Source: the human T2T-CHM13v2.0 reference genome, Homo sapiens
Assembly: GCF_009914755.1 (NCBI RefSeq)
Contig: NC_060928.1
Length of the DNA: 64,000 nucleotides
Strand: one strand, 5' to 3'
A program made the position numbers and the translations under genes. Position 1 is the stretch's first letter. Every line of letters starts with the position of its first letter. The notes below the pieces were generated by a model. It did not search any database and was not told where the DNA came from. It worked only from the letters and a program-made list of their open reading frames with translations. This document shows positions 55,168 to 64,000 of the stretch, piece by piece.

Positions 55168-55756
55168 GATATCCTTTGGATCTGCCTGCTACCCAGCTTG
55201 CTGTAGCTACCTACAGAATCAAGTAAGTTTTAAAATTAGTTATAGAATAAGTGTAGCATTATATAAAGTACTAATTAAGCAACTCATAAAACAAAATAAG
55301 AATGCTATGAGGCAGTATAGGATTTTATAGCTCTTTAAAATATCGTATTAAAATACCAAAATAATCAGTTATCTAAAACATTCACACTTGAAATCTGAAA
55401 TTCAGTTATAAAGAGAATAAAAACAAGGCCATGTAATTGATGGAACCTTTGGACTCTGATCAAAACATGTTATTACTGTTTCAAATTGTCAAAACTTTGT
55501 CACTGGCTTTTTTACCAGGAATTCTTAGAAGTAGTTATTCCAAACATTCCTCTTAAAAACCTAATCAGATAAGGACCACTAACATTTTTCCTTCATTAAA
55601 AAGAAAATATATTACATTAAATCCTACCCATTCCCACTTCTTCAGTATGAAACCATACCCTCCAGTATGAAATCATCTTAAATTGCGCTTCCAATTCAGT
55701 ATCCATTAGCTACACATGTGGATATTTAACTATGAGCTGAATAAAATTTAAAAATT

Positions 55757-56092
<336 letters not shown>

Positions 56093-56293
56093 TCAATAAC
56101 CAGATGTGGCTAGTGGATACTATATCGGACAGTGCACAAAAGGAACATTCCTATTAATACAGTAAGTTCTACTGAACAGTGCTCACCTAGAAAGCTCCAC
56201 AGTACATTGACTAGCACTCTAAAATGAGCAGCATGTCTAAATAGCAAGTTTAGCAGTGCAAGACAACATAGAGTCCAAGAGAAATGTCTCTAG

Positions 56294-56587
<294 letters not shown>

Positions 56588-56686
56588 TAGGTTTAAAAAA
56601 AAAAAAAAAAGAAGCAAACTACAGACTTGAGGTTTGACTGTGTGTAGAAAATTGGATTAAGAAACTGCTAAAGAATGTGAAAAGGT

Positions 56687-56994
56687 GGCTGGGCACGGTG
56701 GCTCACACCTGTAATCCTAGCACTTTGGGAGGTGGAGGCGGGCAGATCACGAGGTCAGTAGTTCCAGACCAGCCTGACAAAACATGGTGAGACCCCCGTC
56801 TCTACTAAAAATACAAAACTTAGCCAGGCATGGTGGCAGGCACCTGTAATCCCAGTTACTTGGAAGCCTGAGGCAGGAAAATCGCTTTAACCCAGGAGAC
56901 AGAGGGTGCAATGAGCCAAGATTGCACCACTGCACTCCAGCCTGGCGACAGAGCAAGACTCCGTCTCAAAACAAACAAACAAACAAACAAAAAA
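56687..56994 (+). mobile_element. AluS element
   Basis: TSD aagaatgtgaaaagg. Confidence 0.93.
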
Positions 56995-57926
56995 GAATGT
57001 GAAAAGGCTTAGCTGGATTTGTTGAAAGGTAAGCAACTAAAAAGGTAATTAACTTCAGAAAAAAGAATTTAAGAAAGTAATGTATCACAATATTTATACA
57101 GCAATAATAATGAAAAGACTGGATAGGGATCGCAATATGATAAAACTACATTGGCAGGATGTGGAGACATAACTATGGATATTGGAAGAGGGTAAAATAA
57201 AAGCCACGTCTTTACATTTCATAGTAGGAAATTCATAAATATCTCAAACTGAAATGTCAAAAAACAGCAGCAGAGCAAGTTGTTTGAAAATGTGATGCTA
57301 AATAACGGGACAAGGAGGAAAGAGTTGGGAGTAGTTAACCTCTGCAGAGTAAGAAAAGGGTGAGAAAGGCCTAGCGTAGGAGAATGCTGTTTTTCATTAT
57401 AAATTTCACTAACAATTTGACTTTCTCAACTATGTACCTGTAAACTATGTATCTGTATTACACACTTCAGATTCATGGGCTCTTAAGAATTTTTTTAAAT
57501 ATCCAGAATTAACATGTAAAAAGTTCCAATTTTTTTAAAAATAAAAAATTTGGAAAAGCAAAAAATAGCAAACCACTTCTTTAATTTCCACATTCTATCC
57601 CAACTCCAGCTACTATCCTCCTTCCTATGTACCACTCCACATATGCTACCTATTTGCTTCTCAACTTACTAGAGACTAATTCTGGTTAACTCAATTATGA
57701 TTTTGTTAATTTTTGTGTCTTTAAACGCCTGAGTTTTTGCAAATCTTCTATAATTAGCATAAAATATCTTCATACTAAGATGACAAGGGGTAAATAGAGA
57801 GGAAAAAGAACTAATATTAATCCAAAAAGACCTATCTCAAAGGTAATTTCTTCTAAAAACTCTTGATTCTTTAATCATGTCATAAAGCAGCTTTCTGTTA
57901 ACTCCCCAACTACGTTATAAATTCCT

Positions 57927-58183
57927 GGCCAGGCGCAGCGGCTCCGGCCTGTAATCCTTGCACTTTCGAAGGCTGAGGAGGACAGATTGCTTGAGTCAAG
58001 GAGTTCGACGCCAGCCTGGGCAATGTGGTGAAACTCCATCTCTATAAAACATACAAAAATTAGGCAGGCGTGGTGGCACGTGCCTGTGGTCCAAGCTACT
58101 TGGGAGGCTGAGGTTGCAGTGAGCCAAAATCATGCCACTGCACTCCAGCCCCAGCAACAGAATGAGACCGTGTCTCCAAATAA
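57927..58183 (+). mobile_element. AluJ-like element with right-arm deletion
   Basis: Alu consensus match. Confidence 0.88.
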
Positions 58184-58234
58184 AGAAATCCCTATGCAGT
58201 CACATCTGCCAATATCATTTTTATATATATATAT

Positions 58235-58445
58235 TTTTTTTATTATTATACTTTAAGTTCTAGGGTACATGTGCACAAAGTTCAGGTTTGTTACATATGT
58301 ATACATGTGTCATGTTGGTGTGCTGCACCCATTAACTCATCATTTACATTAGGTATATCTCCTAATGCTATCCCTCCCCCCTCCCCCCACCCCACAACAG
58401 GCCCCGGTGTGTGATGTTCCCCTTCCTGTGTCCAAGTGTCCTCAT
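58235..58445 (-). mobile_element. Young L1PA 3' end (5'-truncated)
   Basis: tattatactttaagttctagggtacatgtgcac...cccacaacaggccccggtgtgtgatgttcccc. Confidence 0.92.
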
Positions 58446-58809
58446 TTTTTTTATTACTCACTGTGTCCACAGCACAGTACTTCGACGGAACAGAGACCCA
58501 ACCAATTGTTCCAGTTTCAACCACTGGTGCCCCAAACAAAAACACACAACCAAAAACTCTACCCCCACCTGTACCAACCCACTGTGTGTGGGGTTTTGGT
58601 ACCTTCTTTTTTTTGATACATCCTTGTTCACAACTTTAACCTACCAAAATCTAATCTCTTTCACACCAATCCTTCCAATCTTTGAAGGGTGCTATCATGC
58701 TCACCAATTCATCTTTTCCATAGCTGAAAACTTCGATAGCTCCTCACGATATTTTGCCTCTTCTAAATTAGCTTTAATTTTACCATAAATACAGTCTAAA
58801 ATCATGGGC

Positions 58810-59108
<299 letters not shown>

Positions 59109-59500
59109 CTCATTAGCTTTTTTTTTTTTGAAGACCACACCTCGGTATCAATTCAGATATAATTTACGGTCAACAAAAACTCTTAGGAGACTTTCTCAGG
59201 TTCCTTGTTAAGCCAGTTCTACCCCTACCTGCCCCAACCCATTGTGTGCGAGGTTTGGGTACTTTCTTTTTTTTTTTTTTTTTTTGACACATCCTTGTTC
59301 ACAACTTTAAAAATATTCTTTATAAAAAAGAAAAAAGGTCATCCTGTTATATTCTATCCCTGTTGCATACTGCTGAGATGTTCTGAGATTCCAATTTTGT
59401 TGCCTTGGTGCCTTTCTCAGATCTTCAACAATTTGGTAGGCAAGCTCACTATAATTTCTTCTAATGCAGACATAAGTATTAACACTAGAAACGGAATGTA

Positions 59501-59647
59501 GGCCAGGTGCTGTGGCTCATTCCTGTAATTCCAACACTTTGGGAGGCCAAGGCAGGAGGAGCTATCGAAGTTTTGGGAGGCCAAGGCAGGAGGAGCCCAG
59601 TAGTTCACGACCAGCCTGGGCAACACAGTGAAAATCTTTATATAAAA
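59501..59647 (+). mobile_element. Alu monomer with internal duplication and templated insert
   Basis: Alu left-arm match; TSD agaaa(c/t)ggaatgta. Confidence 0.85.
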
Positions 59648-60039
59648 GAAATGGAATGTAAACCAGATGACCATCTGACAAGAGATATTTAGAAGAAACA
59701 GCTATTTGGGTCAAGATTAGACTTCATAGGTTCTAAGGTTTCTTCCAAACTCCTATTAAAAACCTTAAAACTTTAATAATTCTTTCACGCCATTAGCTAC
59801 AACCAAATGGATCCACCAGCCTTCACAAGCTATCCCAACAACCGACTGTCACTAGTGACTCAAGTTCCTTCACTAGGTTTCAAGATTATTTTTAGGGGGT
59901 TTAGATGGTACAGAAAGAGACACATAAAGTAGAATCATGTAAAAAGAAGTAAATCAGGTTCAATGGATTCCCGTTCTCCAATTGCCTATAATTAAAGCCC
60001 TCAGTATGACTTTCAAATATTTATATTGTAATAACTTTT

Positions 60040-61030
60040 TTTAAAACAAAGGTATCTGGTCAAAGAAGAGTCACAGGGGAAATTAGATAATACTTTGAGA
60101 TGAGTGAAAATGAAGATATACCAAAACTTACCAGATACAATTAAAGCAGTGCTTAGAAATAAATTAATACCTGAAAATGCCTCTACTAAAAAAGGATATC
60201 TCAAATCAAGAGCCTAATCTTCCACCTTAAGGTAATGGAAAAAGAAGAGTAAACTGTTCCTAAAGCAAGACAGAAGCAAGGAAATACTAAATATTAGAAT
60301 GGAAATTAATGAAGTAGAGAATACAAAAACAGCAGTGAAAAGTCAATGAAACCAGAAGCTGATTGTTTGAAAAGATCAAAATGGACAAACCTTTAGCCAG
60401 CTAGACTGACCACGAAAATACAGAGGACAAATTACTAAAATCAAGACTAAAAAGAAGACACTACCTACCTTACAGAAATAAAAAGAATTATAAAGGAATT
60501 TATGAACAACTGTGTGCAACTAAATTGGCAATTTTAGATGAAATGGTCCAGTTCCCAGAAATACAAAATACCAAAACTTAGGAAGTAAAAAGCTGCACTG
60601 GTGAGATGATTCCAAAAAAACAAAAACAGAAAAAAAGAAAGAAAGAAAAAAGCTGAGTATTTGTAAAACCAAAGATTTAAACAGTTAATTTTTTTAAAGC
60701 ACTGCCAAAGAAAAATCCATGCCCAGATGGCTTCACTGGTTAATTCTACCAACCATTTTCAGAAAAACTAATAGCAATCTTTACAAATTCTTCCCAACTT
60801 ATTCGTTGAAGCCAGTTATTACCCTGCTACCAAAACCAGACAGACATCACTAGAAAACTACAGATTAGTATTTCTTCTGAATATAAATGCAAAATTTCTC
60901 AACAAAATACTAGCAAACTGAATCCAGCAATATTAAAAAAAGGATTATATACCATAACCAAGTGGGATTTGTTCCAGGAATGCAAGCTTGTTTTAAGATT
61001 CAGAAATCAACGCAATACATTATCAATAGT
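60040..61030 (+). mobile_element. Old L1 ORF2 fragment (degenerate)
   Basis: aaagcagtgcttaga, tgaaaagatcaa...gacaaacctttagccag, gcccagatggcttcactgg, caacaaaatactagcaaactgaatccagcaa. Confidence 0.85.
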
Positions 61031-61127
61031 AAAAAAAAGAATCACTCTTTGCTCACTCTAGAGAAAGCTAACAAAGAAAAAGTAAAACGAGGTAAAATTT
61101 CCTTAAACTTTTAAAAACAGGACAGAA

Positions 61128-61460
61128 GGCAGGGCATGGTGGCACCTGCTTGTGATCCCAGAACTTTGTGAGGCAGGAGAGGAGCACTTGAGGCCAGGAG
61201 TTTGAGACCAGCCTGGACAACAGAGCGAGATCCCTGTCTCCACCAAAAAAAAAAAAAAAAAAAAAAAATTTAAACTAGCCAGGCATGATGTCACACACCT
61301 GCCTGTAGTCTCAGCTACTCAGGAGACTCAGGTGGGAGGATTACGTAAGCCCAGGAGCTTGAGGCTGCAGTCAGCTATGATTACAGCACCTCACTCCAGC
61401 CTGGGTAACAAAGTGAGACCCAATCTCTTAAAAAAAAAAAAAAAGAAAAAAGAAAAGAAA
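61128..61460 (+). mobile_element. AluJ-like element
   Basis: diverged dimeric Alu with expanded central A tract. Confidence 0.88.
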
Positions 61461-63269
61461 CGAAACTGCAATACCTGACCCTCAACTAGATCCTGTACTG
61501 GAAGGAGACAAATGGTGTAAAGGTCATTATTGGGTCAAATGAGATAATTGGGACGGTAGATTACACAAGTCAATGTATCAAATGCTAAATTTACCAAAAT
61601 TGAAAATTTTGCTGTGATTCTGTAAGAGAATATTACTATTCTTGTGAAATATTTAGCAGTATAGGGTCATAATGTATGTTCCACATAAAAGAACAAAAGA
61701 CAAGACTAGTAAGACATACTATGATACAGAAAGCATGGGCTTGGCTTTTCTTTTACTGACAGTGCACAAGCCTATTTTCTACGGGTAAAGCACATTTTGA
61801 GTTGAATTAATAAATTCCGCTAAGAAAATGCAAACATTTAAAATACAATTTTAGTTTTAACAGAACTATATAGTTATGTTTTGTTACTGTATGCCTATTG
61901 TTGGTTACATCCAACTTTGCATGCTTTTTTAGAAAAGCAAGAAATAACAAAAGACTATTTTAGTTGGCATATTCCACACACATCAAACTTTATGCCAGTT
62001 TCACATTTCTCCTCCCATCCTCTCAATTGCTGCTGCTTCTCCTTTCTCCACGGTTATCAAATAGCTTAATGTCTGAGGTAATAGTTTATAAAAGGCTTAC
62101 TGTACAGCATAACTATTACAGATATACATACAGGGCCCCCTGCTCCTCTGAGGAAAAGTGCTGCACAGTGCTGGGTATACAATATAAACAACTTCACTAA
62201 TATGTATTATTGTATTTGCTATCATCATCACACCAATTCCATTAATAATCCTGTACTAGTGCTGACTTCTGAATCTTAGTTCCTCTTCTGAAAGGAGGGA
62301 TTAACGTGGCCATACAAGAAACTGAAGTTCTACTATTCCCTCCTTGACTTTATGCACTAGAAACAATGAATTAAAGGTATTTGCAATTCCAAGTGTATGC
62401 TCTTTCCCAATCTCCCTGGCTGTACAAGCACTGCTGTTTCAACTTGAAATGTCCTCTAGCTCATACTTCCCTTCCTAAAGTAGCCATCAGTCTGTAAGAC
62501 TCTCTGGATTTGTGCAGTTGTGCCCTGCCTTCCAACATCTGTACTTGGACATAATTCTACCTTTACATTTAGTTGCTTTGAGACTATTGGTAAACTTGCC
62601 TTTCCTAATAATGAATTCTTTGATGTTAATCTCCAGAGTTGAGCATATGCCTAATAGCTTCACTTGTAAACAGCTTAACAAGTAAAAGCACTGAGTGCTT
62701 ACTATTTGACTACCTATTGTTCAAAGCGCTATGCCATATTAACTCATGTAATGTTCCCACAATTTGATGAAACTGTGGAAAGCCCTTTTTTTTCTAGTTT
62801 TTTATTTTTCTTACTACACCCCCATTTCAGCCATAAAGCCCATTTTAAAGACGAAGAAACATACATAGGAAGATGAATATTCATTTTTAATGTATTACAC
62901 AATCAAAACAAAACACGGACACACTCAGCTTCCAATCTTGACCAACACACATGCTAAGCTCCATTCTAACCTACTAGGATGTCACATTACCACATAAACT
63001 ACCTGTAACTGCAGATCATTTTTACTGAACTTCCCTAACACATGCTGACTGTATTAGTCTGCCCTTCATCGGTATCAAGAAATTTCTAGTAGAGGGGCTC
63101 AGAATCTCTCGGAGATTCTCTGGTCCCAGATTAGCCAATCTACATCTATTCCGTCCATTATTTCTTAATCTATTTGTCCAATCCTTTCTATTTCATCTGC
63201 CACAAATGACCTGGAAAAGCTAGCAGCAGATAACACTGCTATTTCAACAAACTCATTTTCAGGACAGAG

Positions 63270-63470
63270 ACCACACAGCGTAGAATCAGACTTAATTCTG
63301 GCTACTGGGTTTTAGCCGCGTTACCTAAGGAGAAAGTTAATCTTGTGGAGTCTCAGTTTTCCTCATCTGTAAAATGAGGCTCCTACTACCAGCCTTGGGG
63401 GGATTAAGTGAATTGCAAGCCACTTAGGAGAATGCCTGGCAGATAATAAGCCTCATCAAATGTTGTTATT
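63270..63470 (+). mobile_element. MIR fragment
   Basis: tctcagttttcctcatctgtaaaatgagg MIR core. Confidence 0.65.
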
Positions 63471-63639
63471 TAACGTCATTACTGTAATGCTCTGCTGCTC
63501 TAAGTCGAGTGGCTCCCCACTGACAGAATAAAACATAAACATTTTAGTTCAAACCCCTTCAGAGTCTGAATCCATCCTACCTCCCGAAACACCTTCCACT
63601 GTTTTGATACCCAATTGTCAACTTCTGCCAAAAGGATCT

Positions 63640-64000
63640 GTAACGGAGCCCCCTAGCTCCAGCGGAGGCTCCTCTGTCCTCCTTTCAAATTCCAGTTATT
63701 TAATCTAGCCTTTAGAGCACAACTCAAATCTCACCTCCCCCGGATTCCCCCCACCCACCCGCCCCAAGCCCTGGGTAACGTTGCCCTCCCCCGAATTTCA
63801 CAGCACCGGAGGTTCACCCCATTCATTTGGCATTCAGTCTGCCGTGCAAAGTTAGTAATCCTCCTGGTGTCCCCGGAGAATCGTTCAACCTGAGGGTGGG
63901 GGTGTGTCCCCTTCTTTGTGTATTAACACGGGCTCGTAGAGCCTCCAACACGCACTATAGAGTAGCTAATTTGCCGCTGCCACAAAAAAAAGTTACTCGC
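63640..64000. promoter_or_regulatory. Edge of CpG/GC-richer region approaching the CCNI exon 1 promoter
   Basis: CpG density rises in the last 350 bp; exon 1 is not seen in the window. Confidence 0.4.

Noticed and set aside
60040-61030. Possible active reverse transcriptase
   Set aside because: Heavily degenerate L1 ORF2 fragment with stops and frameshifts

Overview
Mammalian (almost certainly human, chr4q21) genomic DNA with two convergent spliced genes. On the + strand is the 3' part of SEPTIN11: six internal coding exons (545-19782) and a cluster of alternative terminal exons (22.9-28.6 kb), each completing the split AA| codon with a different C-terminal tail. On the - strand is the complete CDS of CCNI (cyclin I, 377 aa, six coding exons, 55167 to 37031); its non-coding exon 1 and promoter lie beyond the window end. 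The rest is intronic or intergenic, with about 28 Alus, L1/MIR fragments, MER DNA-transposon relics and microsatellites. Nearly all other ORFs in the track are spurious or Alu-derived. I see no new gene or prokaryote-style system. The best second-look items are: a nested non-Alu fold-back (about 200 bp arms around a perfect 30 bp hairpin) roughly 500 nt upstream of the CCNI R75G A-to-I recoding site; the SEPTIN11 C-terminal tail exon array with NAGNAG acceptors, an NMD-escaping cassette and clustered RBFOX motifs; a templated-insertion scar in an Alu monomer; and a CTCF motif between the genes. Exon numbers and repeat subfamily names are from memory, and repeat boundaries are approximate.
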